NCBI GenBank assembly: GCA_030704615.1
Contig: CM060734.1
Location: 33,418,001-33,482,000, forward strand
Length of the DNA stretch: 64,000 nt
Reading direction: 5' to 3'
Source of the DNA: Takakia lepidozioides
Lineage: Eukaryota; Plantae; Bryophyta
The notes under the pieces were generated by a model. It was not told where the DNA came from and made no database searches. It worked only from the letters and a program-made list of their open reading frames with translations. Each line of letters opens with the position of its first letter. Position 1 is the stretch's first letter. Below are positions 37,366-48,746 of the stretch, piece after piece. The position numbers and the translations under genes are program-made.

Positions 37366-38426
37366 TCCAAGCTATAGCATTGATGGTCTGTCCCGTCGAG
37401 ACGCCCGTTACTCAGAACGACGCCGCCTCTTGCGCTCAATTTCCCTCCATTTTCTTGATCCTTTCTCTGGCTTTGTATTGGCTGTATCCGCTGTGACTGG
37501 ATTTTAGATTTCATTTTCTTTAGTGGACTTTCCCTGCTGGATAGTCCACTAGGATCACACATGTGACAAGAATTTCGCTTTTCTGTACTTGCCGTTTGTT
37601 CCGTTCCCCTTTTTCCGTATTCATTAATGGGCCCGCCTTTCATCCATTTTGACGGCCGTTCTTGTCCTCTTTCGTTATGACACCTGTTCTTGCACTTCCT
37701 TCTCAGCTGTGTGTCGCACCCTGACTTCCACGTGTCTATTTTTAAACTGGTTTCCGTCTTTTCTTCCGTCAGCCATTTTCCTGAAGTTATTGTGTGTCCA
37801 CCTGTCACTGATTCTATGGATTGTGTAACCCTAGTAGGCTGTGTTGAGCTGTGACAGGCTGTGTCATACTGTGGTACGCTGTGATAGGCTGTGATGCACT
37901 GTGGTAAGCTGTGATAGGCTGTGACACGCGGTGGTAGGTTGTGATAGGCTGTGTTGTACTGTGGTAAGCTGTAATAGGCTGTGACACGCGGTGGTAGGTT
38001 GTGATAGGCTGTGTTGTGCCGTGCTGGGCTGTGATAGGTTGTGTCACGTTGTGATAGGCTGTGATAGGCTGTGTTTCGCCTTGATGGGCTGTGATAGGCT
38101 GTGCTTTGCCTTGTCCGCCCGCCCTGGTCATATATGCTTGGCCTAGCGACAAGTGCTCCATACTCCGTTGGTAACACTGGTGCAGCCCGTGATTGCTCTT
38201 GCGTTTCAACATGCAAATCATGCTGCAAGGGTTTGTCATGGATACCACTGTATCCCTTTAACTTATTGGCATTGACTCTTCCCAGCATTTCTTTGTTAAT
38301 GGTTTGTAACATGGCGGTGTTGTTATCATACATCTTTTGTATGACATAAGGTCCTTTCCATGGTGATTTAAGCTTAGAAGCTTTAATCTTTCCTTTCTTC
38401 TGCAACCATAGAACCAAATCCCCCGT

Positions 38427-41400
38427 CTATAAAGTCTTTAACTTGCCTTCATCAAACTGTTCCTTTCTCTTCATCTGAATTCTGGTCATATTATCAGCTG
38501 CATCAGCACGTACTTCTTCCACATGGTATAATTCATGTTTCCTGACCTTAATGGAATCTTGCAATTCCATTCTCTTTCCCCACTCCGTTCTCATGGTAGG
38601 TAACAGGAATTCCACTGGAAGTAAGGCTTCCATACCATAAACTAATTGGAATGGTGTATACTTAGTGGTGACTTTGTATGAAGTCCTGTATGACCACAAA
38701 GCTATCAGCAGCTTTGTATCCCAATCCGTTCTGTTTGCATTGACTATCTTAGCCAAGATAGTACATAGTATTTTGTTGGTAGCCTCTGCCTGCCCATTAC
38801 CCTGTGGGTAATATGTTGTACTCTTTCTATGCACAATCATGAACTCTTTAGTCAACAACTCAATGGTCTCATTCATGAAGTGACTTCCCTGATCACTGAT
38901 AAATTCTAAGGGACAGCCAAATCGTGTAAGTATGTTCTCATACAGGAACCTTAATGTGGACTTGGCTGTGTTGTCCCTCAAAGCATTAGTTTCCACCCAC
39001 TTTGTAGTATAATCAGTGGATGTAATTATGTACCTGTTCTGTGTATTCTTGGCTGGTGGGTTAATTGGTCCAACAAAGTCTAGTCCCCATTTCTGAAATG
39101 GTTCCGTAGGCATTGTAGGATGCAAGGCCATCCTTCCAAATCTCTGCAAAGGTCCTAGCCTCTGACATTCATCACAACTCTGACAATACTTGTGTACATC
39201 TTTGAACAAAGTAGGCCACCAGTAACCTGCATGTAGTATTTTCCTGCTGGTAGTCTCTTCTCCAAAATGACCTCCTGCCACTCCTTTATGAACTTCCTCC
39301 AAAACTTTATTAACTTCATGGTGGTATAAGCATCGCTTCAGCACTCCATCTGGTCCTAGCTTATACATTATGCTCCCTACCATAGTGTAAGGTAGAGCCT
39401 TGATAGCAATTCTCTTTCTGTGCTCCTTTCCATAACTTGGTGGGCACTGACCATGAGCAAGGTAGTATCTGATTGGCCACTGCCAATCTAACCAGTCATC
39501 TGCACTTCCCTGCACCTCCACTGCAAATAGACTCGCATCTGGTAATTGATCATCTATTCCTGTGGCTGGTTCTCCTGTTGATAACCGTGACAAGTGATCC
39601 GCCACAAGATGAAGTCTCCCAGGCTTGTAAACAACCTCGAACTCAAACTCGTGCAAGATTATCAACCATCTTGCTATTCTTCCGCTTATCAGAGGTTTGT
39701 TTACCAGGTATATCAGAGCCTGGTGATCCACATAGAACATAAACTTCTTGCCTAACAGGTAATGCCTGAATTTCTTCACTGCATAGATCATTGCCAATGT
39801 TTCTCTTTCCGTTGTGCTATAGTTCCTTTCAGCACTGTTCATCAACCGGCTAGCATAGTACACAGGTGAATCTATATTTCCTGTAACATTCTGGGCTAAC
39901 ACCGCTCCCAACGCTTCTCCTGATGCATCGCAGTGAACATGAAATACTACATGCCAGTGAGGGTTAATCAGCACAGGTGTAGTTGTTACTGACAGTGTAA
40001 GTTCCTCAAACGCCTGTTGACATTCAGCTGTCCAGGCAAACACTGCATCTTTCTTCAGTAGTTTGCTCAATGGTGCTGCTATTTGTGCATACCTTTTTAC
40101 AAATCTTCTGTAATAACTGGTTTGCCCAAGGAATCTCCTTAGATTCTTAACATTCACTGGTGGTGGAGAGGGTTTAATGGCTTCTGTCTTCCTGGGATCC
40201 ACAAGGAGTCCCTTCTTACACACAATGTGTCCCAGAAGCACCCCTGAGTTCACACAGAAAGTACGCTTCTCTGGATTCAGGCCCAGACCTCTCATCCTGC
40301 ATCTGGCCAAACATAACTCCAATTTATGCAAGTGCTCATTCTTAGAGCTGTACACACTGAAATCATCCAAGAATACCTGCATGAAATCATCCAGATACTC
40401 ATGAAAAGATTCACTTATCACTCTCTGAAAGGTCGCTGGTGCATTACAAAGTCCAAAGGGCATGACTTTGTATGCATAAGCCCCCCAGTCTGTGATGAAT
40501 GCTGTTTTTCCTTGATCTTCTTCTGCCACTTGCACTTGATTATAACCACTGAACCCATCCATGAATGAGTACATCTCATGGCCTGCCACAGTGTCTAATA
40601 CTGCTTCTGTGAATGGCAAAGGGAAAGGATCTTTCTTCGTACAAGCATTCAGCTTCTTGTAGTTCACACAAACTCTTAGTTTACCATTCTTCTTGGGAAC
40701 TATCACAATGGGTGACAACCAAGTTGTATACTCTATTGGATATATAAACTTAGCCTCAGCCAACTTCTTTATCTCTTCTCCAACCTTCTGTGCGTAGTTG
40801 GGATTCATTCTGTACCTCGCCTGCTTGATTGGTACTGACCCTGGTTCCAGTTCAATCTTATGCTGGCAGACTTCAGGTGGTATCCCTTTTAAATCCTCAT
40901 AACTCCAATCAAATACATCTTTGTATTTGATGAACAAGCTTTTAGCTTCTTCAAAGAACTCCGGCTCCAAATCAGCTCCTACTTTCACCATCCTTGGTTC
41001 CTCTTTAGTTCCCACATTTACTTCCCTCACTTGCTCATCAGCTGTGATTGTCCAACCACTCACCACTTCATCCTGAAAGCTCTCAGTGGCTGGTTCCTCT
41101 AGGATTTCCATTTCTCCTTCTCTTTCCTCATAGAAATGTGATGGGTAACTGCTGGTTTCCTCTTTAGTTGGTGTTGCTGACACTACACCACAGCAGATAC
41201 CTCTTAAACAACTTAGGCTTTCCAGCCGCATCTCTGCAACCTGCTCCCACTCTGGGTGTGCAGCAAATAGGGTAGCTTCCTGCTCCTCATCCAGTCCTCC
41301 TTTCCAGTCATACTCTCTGACTCCTCGAGGTCTTCTTGTAGCAGGTAATCTACTAGATTTCTTTGTGGTAATTTGTATCTCGTGTATCCCATTATGCACG

Positions 41401-41798
41401 GTTAGTAACTGAGAATTCCAGTCATGGAATACCCTGGCCTGTTTCAGCCACGGACGTCCCAATAATAAGGAGTAAGCCTCCATGACTTCATCCATCTTCA
41501 ACACAGTTATTGTGATCATAAAGATCATCTTCTGTATCTGTATCTTAACTCCTCTTATCAATCCCAATGGTTGTACACTTCTTTGATCTGCCATTGTTAC
41601 TGTAAATGGGGCTGGTTTCATGTTACTTAGACCAAGCTTCTTCCTTAATTGGTCTGTCATGATATTTACTCCAGAACCTCCATCTATCAGTACATCAGTT
41701 ATTTCTGTGCTTCCAATTCTCAATTGGATTACTGGCATAGAATCATCAAAGTCCATGACTGTTTCTCGCCCTTCCGGCTTCACATTATAACTGGTCAC
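38427..41798 (-). CDS. pol of C2 (PR-RT-RH-INT), 1123 aa uninterrupted
   Basis: All catalytic motifs lie in one ORF; frameshifts only at its flanks. Confidence 0.95.
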   Translation of the reverse strand: MTSYNVKPEGRETVMDFDDSMPVIQLRIGSTEITDVLIDGGSGVNIMTDQLRKKLGLSNMKPAPFTVTMADQRSVQPLGLIRGVKIQIQKMIFMITITVLKMDEVMEAYSLLLGRPWLKQARVFHDWNSQLLTVHNGIHEIQITTKKSSRLPATRRPRGVREYDWKGGLDEEQEATLFAAHPEWEQVAEMRLESLSCLRGICCGVVSATPTKEETSSYPSHFYEEREGEMEILEEPATESFQDEVVSGWTITADEQVREVNVGTKEEPRMVKVGADLEPEFFEEAKSLFIKYKDVFDWSYEDLKGIPPEVCQHKIELEPGSVPIKQARYRMNPNYAQKVGEEIKKLAEAKFIYPIEYTTWLSPIVIVPKKNGKLRVCVNYKKLNACTKKDPFPLPFTEAVLDTVAGHEMYSFMDGFSGYNQVQVAEEDQGKTAFITDWGAYAYKVMPFGLCNAPATFQRVISESFHEYLDDFMQVFLDDFSVYSSKNEHLHKLELCLARCRMRGLGLNPEKRTFCVNSGVLLGHIVCKKGLLVDPRKTEAIKPSPPPVNVKNLRRFLGQTSYYRRFVKRYAQIAAPLSKLLKKDAVFAWTAECQQAFEELTLSVTTTPVLINPHWHVVFHVHCDASGEALGAVLAQNVTGNIDSPVYYASRLMNSAERNYSTTERETLAMIYAVKKFRHYLLGKKFMFYVDHQALIYLVNKPLISGRIARWLIILHEFEFEVVYKPGRLHLVADHLSRLSTGEPATGIDDQLPDASLFAVEVQGSADDWLDWQWPIRYYLAHGQCPPSYGKEHRKRIAIKALPYTMVGSIMYKLGPDGVLKRCLYHHEVNKVLEEVHKGVAGGHFGEETTSRKILHAGYWWPTLFKDVHKYCQSCDECQRLGPLQRFGRMALHPTMPTEPFQKWGLDFVGPINPPAKNTQNRYIITSTDYTTKWVETNALRDNTAKSTLRFLYENILTRFGCPLEFISDQGSHFMNETIELLTKEFMIVHRKSTTYYPQGNGQAEATNKILCTILAKIVNANRTDWDTKLLIALWSYRTSYKVTTKYTPFQLVYGMEALLPVEFLLPTMRTEWGKRMELQDSIKVRKHELYHVEEVRADAADNMTRIQMKRKEQFDEGKLKTL

Positions 41799-41806
41799 CT
41801 TGCTGT

Positions 41807-44247
41807 TCAGGTCTGTGTTTCCTGTCTCCTGGCAATTCGATTGATTGCTTGATACAGCCTGTGCCTACAATAAGGTGCCACAGCTAATAGCTGTCCAATG
41901 GTAATTTCTGCTTTGGTCTGGCATATTACTTCAGCCAAAGTCTCTTCATTACTTTGCATGTCTGCATTTTTTTTATTCCTTTCTTCCTCACTCTCTTCTT
42001 CTTCTCCATCAGAATAAGAGGAATTTGCCACAGGAATATCAGTACTCTTCTGCATTTCCCTTATAGTATCTGCCACTTCCTTGTGCAGTTCCTTCTCATC
42101 TTTCCAAGTCTCTTCATCTTCAGGCACATCATGGCCACCTTCATTATCATCTTCTTCCTCTACTACTGGAGGTATTAGTTTGGCTTTACTTCTTGTTACT
42201 ATCATTGTACTTACTTCTGGTACAACACATGGCCTAACCATGTGAGCTGCCACCACTGGGCCCTCATTCACAGGAGCTCTCATCTCATTCTGGTGTCTTA
42301 TCCAGAATGAACAGGCTGCCCTGCGATGTCCTGGCTGATTACAATAGTAACATAGTTCTTCACCATTGGTTCCTCGCCCTTGGTCTGTTCTTGGATTATT
42401 TCTATAATCCTGATTCCCGGGCTGGTAATTCCCCCTTGGATTACCCTGATAGTTGCCTCTGAAATTTCCTTGGTAATTCCCTCTTGAATTACCTCTCCCT
42501 TCCATGCCATTGTTATAACCACCAGACCTACCATAGTGGTCCTGATCATTATTTCTTCTTGGTTGGGGCTGCACCTGATGCACCCTTACTTGCCTAGGTT
42601 CTCTTGCAGCTGTCCTTCTGTTGTAGTAACAATTCTCAGTAGAATGGTTATCCATTTTACAGATAGTACAGTGTTTCTCCTTCATGTGGCATTCTGTGGT
42701 GGTATGGCCTTCATTTTGGCACTTTGCACACCATACACCCTTCCTCCAATGTGTTGCAGCCTCTGTGGCATACTTCTTCAAGATTTCTTCCAATCTTTTT
42801 TCATAGTTATCCCTCTTCAACTTCTCCTTTCTTTACTCTTCCTTTTTAGTTCTTGCTCTTCTTCTTCATCTGACTCATCCTCAGAGTCCTCATCATCCCT
42901 TTTCTCTCTCCTGAGCATTCCCAATTGCTCAATTCTGTTTGCAGTTTCAAATGCCTCCTCCACTGTATTATGGGGTAACATATCCACTTTCTTTTGCAAC
43001 TCTGGTCTTAGTCCACTCACAAACCAAGTCTTCTGTAAACCGGGTGCTGGTACTACAGCCAGCTTTTTCATCATCAATTCCATCTTTTCCATATACTCCT
43101 CAACAGTTTCATGCTTCTTTTGCTTTAACTGTTGTAAACTTCCATACACTTCATCTTCAGTTTTACTTGTTCTGAACCTATTTTGAAATGCTGTATTCAA
43201 GCCATTCCAGGTTAGGAAATGATTATCAGGGAATCTTGCATACCATTCACTTGCTTTCTTGATAAGTGAACAAGGAAACAATCTCATCTTGGCATCATCG
43301 CCATTCTCATTGTTCACTATACACATGTGCTCAAATTGGCTAATGTGTACATCGGGATCCCCTTTTCCTGAATATATTGGAAAGGGTGGTTTTGCCCGTG
43401 TTGGTTATAACGCCATCTGTGGCCCTACCTTCTGCCCACTGACAGGTGCTGGCACCCTTGCTGGTGCTGGTCCTTTTGGATCTGTTGTTTTTGTGGTGGA
43501 TCTTCCACCAAGTGGTGGCCCTTGAGCACTCCCTGCTTCCGGCCCCACGATATTCACAGTATTCCCAGCTTCAGTTGCACTACTTCCCACACTCCCTGTC
43601 CCCCCAGAGCCAGATCCAGGCAGCCCGCGCGATCCCCCTGAGCCGACACCTTCATTGGCCTGTGATCCAAGTGCTCCACTTGATCCAGGTCCAACGGGTT
43701 GGGATGTCCTGGTTGTAGTCTCAACCTCAGCTGTTGGGTCTACTTCTTCATATTCTTCCTCTTCCAATTTCTTCTCTCTGTTTTCATCCTCCAAGTTCTG
43801 CCCTTGGGTTTCTTCTTCACTCATGTAACTCAACTGTAATGGTGTTGGAGAGTCCGAACTCTCCGTTGGCTCTGCCACATCCTCTCCTCCTTCTTCACCT
43901 TCCGCTTCAAAAACTGGAGTTCATGCTTTTGGTGTTCCATGCCAACTCTTATCAAAGATTTCTGTCAAATCTTTTATCCAGGGATGTACCTTAGATCTTT
44001 CACCTCGTGATTGATCTTCTTCCCGTACCAATTCCCTTAATCTTTCTTGCAAAGAAACAGAAGGAGTGGCATCCAACTCTAGTTCTTCCGGTATGGGTGA
44101 TGTACTCTTTGATCTTAATGGTGTGAGAGGTCCAGATGATTCCCCTATGTCTATTCCTCTCTCCCAAAGATATGGATAATTAGCTTTCAGATAGCTTTCT
44201 CTTTTTGCTGAATATCTCTGGCGTCTAGCTTCTCTTTCATCACTCAT
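41807..44247 (-). pseudogene. gag of C2
   Basis: Homologous to C1 gag; four ORF pieces. Confidence 0.9.
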
Positions 44248-44268
44248 GTCCCATGTCTTTCATTTCTT

Positions 44269-44964
44269 TTAATGTGGCAATAACCAAAATTCTCTTCTGT
44301 AATATCTCTCGTATATGCCTGGGTTTCTTTCAAGCTTCAATGCACCCTTGGCTATACTTGAAGTCTCCGTTACCATATAACCATATGGCAAACAAGTCTG
44401 GAAAGCTGTTCTTGGTGTGAGTTTGATCCACAAAATATCCTTTGGAATCCAATTCTTTACCAGTACCAGCTCTTCATGCATATGAGTATAAACATTCACC
44501 TTTCTTTCCTCCCAGCCTTCAAACTCTACTCGCTTAATGGATAGCAATGCTATCACATAAACCAACGTTGGTAACCAACGTGCTCTTCCTCTACAGGCTA
44601 CCTGATAAATCTTTATCACTCCTTTCTCCAGACCCCATTCCGGATCAGCATCATGCACTCGCTTAAGAATATTTTCTTTACAACCGTCTGGCAATTCCAA
44701 GAACCTTTGAAAGAATTGTTTTGACAATCTTTCTTCCTTCGTTCCACAGGGAATTTGATTCACTTCAAATTCTTTAATGGTCCAACCACCATGATCCCAC
44801 CAGATGCCTGTCACATCTGGTTGTTCATTACTCAGTTCCCCAGTATGGTCGCCAAATGTCGCGCGGCTTTTACTCACCCATCCCTTCGCTATCCGAGGCG
44901 GAAACTCCAAGATAAAAGAGTTGGAAATCTCTAAGTACTCAGCCCGCGCAGAACAATCAGTCAT
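44269..44964 (-). CDS. Extra upstream ORF0 of C2
   Basis: 231 aa; begins in the LTR, crosses the PBS and ends 21 nt before gag. Confidence 0.65.
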   Translation of the reverse strand: MTDCSARAEYLEISNSFILEFPPRIAKGWVSKSRATFGDHTGELSNEQPDVTGIWWDHGGWTIKEFEVNQIPCGTKEERLSKQFFQRFLELPDGCKENILKRVHDADPEWGLEKGVIKIYQVACRGRARWLPTLVYVIALLSIKRVEFEGWEERKVNVYTHMHEELVLVKNWIPKDILWIKLTPRTAFQTCLPYGYMVTETSSIAKGALKLERNPGIYERYYRREFWLLPH

Positions 44965-47900
44965 GACCTACAGCTAGTGTATCATGGGGGTGTTTCCTAT
45001 TTGTTTCCTTTTTGGCATTCATGTTAGCTACCTTACCATTGATAGTTAAGTATCAGTTTGCTTTATCAATCTATTGGATTCCATCAACTCATCCATTCAT
45101 TCCACAGCTTCACTCAGATCTCTCTACACAGTGTGATTGTATCGTATAAGTATCCGATTATGATTTATCAGGTATCAGGCCGAAGCCATTGTGTCTCTAA
45201 TTTGCTCTACAATATCACTACAGCTTTGCATATAACAAGTATCTACTCCTCATCTCTCCATCTTCGCTTCCGTTCTTCATCTCTGCCCGATCCCCTCTCC
45301 TGCATGACCAAGAAGTCCTCTCCCGTGAAGTGCTTCCCAAAATCATCCCCCCAAAAAGCCCCTTCTCAGTCCTTGCTTCTCGCTTTATCTTCCTACTCGT
45401 GGCTCTAACCGTTTCCCTCACTAACCGTCGTCCGTGAACTAACATGTTCCATTTGCAGGTGTTGTTCCCCACAGTCGTTCCCTGTCCTGCTCTCCGTTCC
45501 CTATGGTCGTGACAGCTGTGTCAAGCTGTGACTGGCTGTGTGAAACTGTGTCGGGCTGTGACTGGCTGTGTGGCTGTGTCTGCTGTGACGACTGTGACGG
45601 GCTGTGTCGGCTGTGACTGCTGTGTCGACTGTGACGGGTTGTGTTGGCTGTGTCGGCTGTGACGGCTGTGTAACCCCCCTCTACAGTGCGCTGCTGTCAC
45701 CCCTAAGGCTCCTGTTGGTCTCAGTCTGTGCAAAAATTAAGGGTACCCTATAGATCCCGTATAAGTGTCTTAGTCCCAGACAGTCCTCTAACAACCCGCC
45801 ACGCCTATGCACCACACATTAGCGAGGAATTGAAAGCCTGGGTCGTCGAGTGTTTGTGCCGAGGCCTGTCGGTCGCCCAAATCATGATGGAGTATAAAGA
45901 GCACGTGATGAACAACACCGGCTTGGGCAATGCATGGACCCGCGATGATTTCTTGTTGGAGCAAGATGTTCGCAACCTTGCCGAGAAACGTGCGTGGCAA
46001 ACCTTCAAAAAACACGCCGATGATGCAGAGAGTGTGCGCATGTGGAGAGACCAGAATCCTGCGTCCGTTTTTTTCTATCAAGAGGAGAAATTAGAGCCAA
46101 CATTCAAGCATTTTGATGGAGATTTGACATTCACTATTGGCATACAGACTCCGTGGCAGAAACGACAAATGCTGGAACTAGGACATGACCGTATCGTTGC
46201 ATGTGATGCAACCTTTGGGACAAATCATGACAAGGTACTATTCGAACGGTTCCATGGACTTGTACGAGCATGATAGCATAGTACCATGCAACATTCACAT
46301 AATATTTGGTGTGCTGACCCTTTCTGTATGTTTTCATGTGTACGTTGCGGAAGACCGAGGGGCAGACCCATTGTGAACCGCTACAGACCTCATCACTCTT
46401 ATGAAGTCTTCTCGTGCAGAACTGAGCGGAATTTGCATGCTCTGACCATCTTACATTGTGCATTCCAACAGTTCCCATTGTACACGTTGATGGTCTTCGA
46501 CAAGTGGTTGAATGGTATACCAGTTGCCTATATCCTATCCGCGAGGAATCGGACAAGAGACCTGGTTCCGTGGATGAGAGCCTTGCGCGATTCACTCCTC
46601 GCAGATTTGCTGAGCTGGCGACCCAATGCCTTCATTGTGGACGATGCCGAAGCAGAAATCAATGCTATTCGGTAAGTCTGTTGGTCCACAGCACCGGTCC
46701 ATTGTCGAGGTCCACTGCAGCAGTCCATTGGTACAGTCCACTGGCAGACTCCTGTGGCGAAACCCGATGGCAGTTCGCTGAGCAAATCCACTGGTAGTCC
46801 GCTGTCAAGTCCGGTCATCAGTCCCCTGGCAAGTCCGCTGGCAGTCCCCGGCAAGTCCGCTCGGCAGTCCGCTGTGGCAGTCCAATGGGGCAGTCCGCTG
46901 ATGCAGTCCGCTGCCCCAGTCCTAGCTAGGGGAAGTCCAATGGGGAAGTCCACTGGGTAGTCCAATGGGGTTATTCCAACACATCAACGTCATGGCATTG
47001 TACTGTCCACTGGGCGAGTCCAGTGGCTCTGCCCGCTGATACAAGTCGTTGTTACAGTCCACTCCGGCAGTCCACCATTGCAGTCCGATCCCCAAGACTC
47101 TAATGTGTACCATGTGTGTTGTGCAGAATTGTTTTTGAATGAGTACTCATTTTCCTCTGCCTTTGGAATGTCCGCAAGGCATGGGTGAAGCAATCATGCA
47201 AGAAAACGAAGGATCCGGTGACCGCTATAAACTTGTTGAAGGATATGGGAGACCTCATGTACTGTAGAGAGGGACCACGCAACGAGAAAAGAGCGCTTCG
47301 GTGGGTTGCAAGGAGAATCCGTCGTATGAGGTCAAAATACCCGAAAGGACATGAATTTCTTGACTATATCGAACAGTACTGGAAGCCCAAAATAGCAATG
47401 TGGTGTACAACAACCCGCCATGTCCCTCATGCAAGCCAAGACACAAACGCAAGCATTGAGGCATACCATGGAAATCTGAAGGCAAGACTTGCCATGGGGA
47501 AAGGCAAGATGAGTGGTCAAGAGTGGACTGGCTTATATGGGAACTCACTGGCCGTGTGCTAACACACTACTGGTACGCAATCCATTTGAAGACCCACGGG
47601 TTCATAAGAAATGACAAACACGAAAAGTACATATCCAGTTCTATACTTGCGGCACGAGACATTCCTGCTGAGAGTGTTACTCTTCCCTTGGGTCCTGGTG
47701 AACCAGCCTACGTTCTCAGCAGCAACCACCCCGGCACAACATACATTGTTAACAATCCTGATTGCGATTGGGGTTGTTGCACGTGCCCATGGGCAATGAA
47801 GGGAAACTTATGCAAGCATCAGGTCCGTGTCCTGAAGATGCTTCACCCTGACCTGTAGGATGGCCTCCTTGTGCGCACTTATGGCACGGCACTGGTGTAA

Positions 47901-48328
47901 GATTACCTAACTTGCTCTTGGGCAATGGTGCCGGCGGCAACGACAAATCCAATCAGTTCATGGAAAGACATCCTCCGGACGACTTTCCCCTACGACGAGG
48001 CACCTCTGGAGGTCTCAGCCTCAATGGAACAAGAATTTGCGGACATACTTCGCATTGTAGGTGATGACAAATACCTGGAGGCACATGCCCGATCTGCTCT
48101 TCATATGTGCAGAGGGCAGCTCGTTGATATCTTGGCGAAAAGTGCGGCTGGAATGTTGCACCCTGCGACAGCGAAGGCTTTCCGTCCTCTGAACGACAAC
48201 AACAACATGTCTCTGAAAAGGAGACGAGATTTCGTGGAGGCCTGGAAAACCCGGCCTACGGTTTTGCGGAGAATCAGCAAGAGGGTGTCTGCACCTGCAC
48301 CTGCAGCACATATATACTCAAAAATTCG

Positions 48329-48516
48329 CAAGGTTTCAGGTCGTGTAGATGTCACGAAGAAGACAATATAAGTCTGCAATGCCTCGAAAAGAGACAAGGT
48401 TTCACGTCGTGTAGGTGTCACGGAGAAGACAATATAAGTCTGCAATTCCTCGAAAAGAGACAAGGTTTCACGTCATGTAGGTGTCACGAAGAAGACAATA
48501 TAAGTCTGCAATTCCT
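48329..48516 (+). repeat. 66-bp tandem repeat, about 2.8 units
   Basis: Units start at 48329, 48395 and 48461. Confidence 0.9.
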
Positions 48517-48746
48517 CTGGTAGGATTGTCCCTTTCTGAAATACAAGTCCGCAATGGACTAATGCACAGTCTCCCAATGGACTCCTCCAGTCTGCCAACT
48601 GACTCCCACACAGTCTCCCAAGCATAGTCTCCCAACGGACTCATGCACAGTCTCCCAACAGAGTCACAGTCAACAGACTGCGAGCGCCAGTAAGCCAGTC
48701 TGCTGGTCAGTCTGCTGCCCACTGCAAAAGTCTGCTTGTACACCTT

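Larger units (their letters stand above)
32657..45793 (-). mobile_element. Full-length Gypsy copy C2 (same family as C1)
   Basis: LTRs 44857-45793 (5') and 32657-33566 (3'); TSD ACCCG (32652-32656, 45794-45798); PBS 44837-44854; PPT ~33570-33583. Confidence 0.97.
31907..48371 (+). pseudogene. Mutator-like (MULE) transposase with C-terminal SWIM finger, multi-exon, split by Gypsy C2 (coding parts 31907-32656 and 45799-48371)
   Basis: IPWDRVGDFVLGEE, KRGCQCCF, IGIQTPWQ, CDATFGTN, PLYTLMVFD, FIVDDAEAE, TNASIEAYH, CTCPWAMKGNLCKH; apparent introns. No TIR pair found. Confidence 0.85.
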
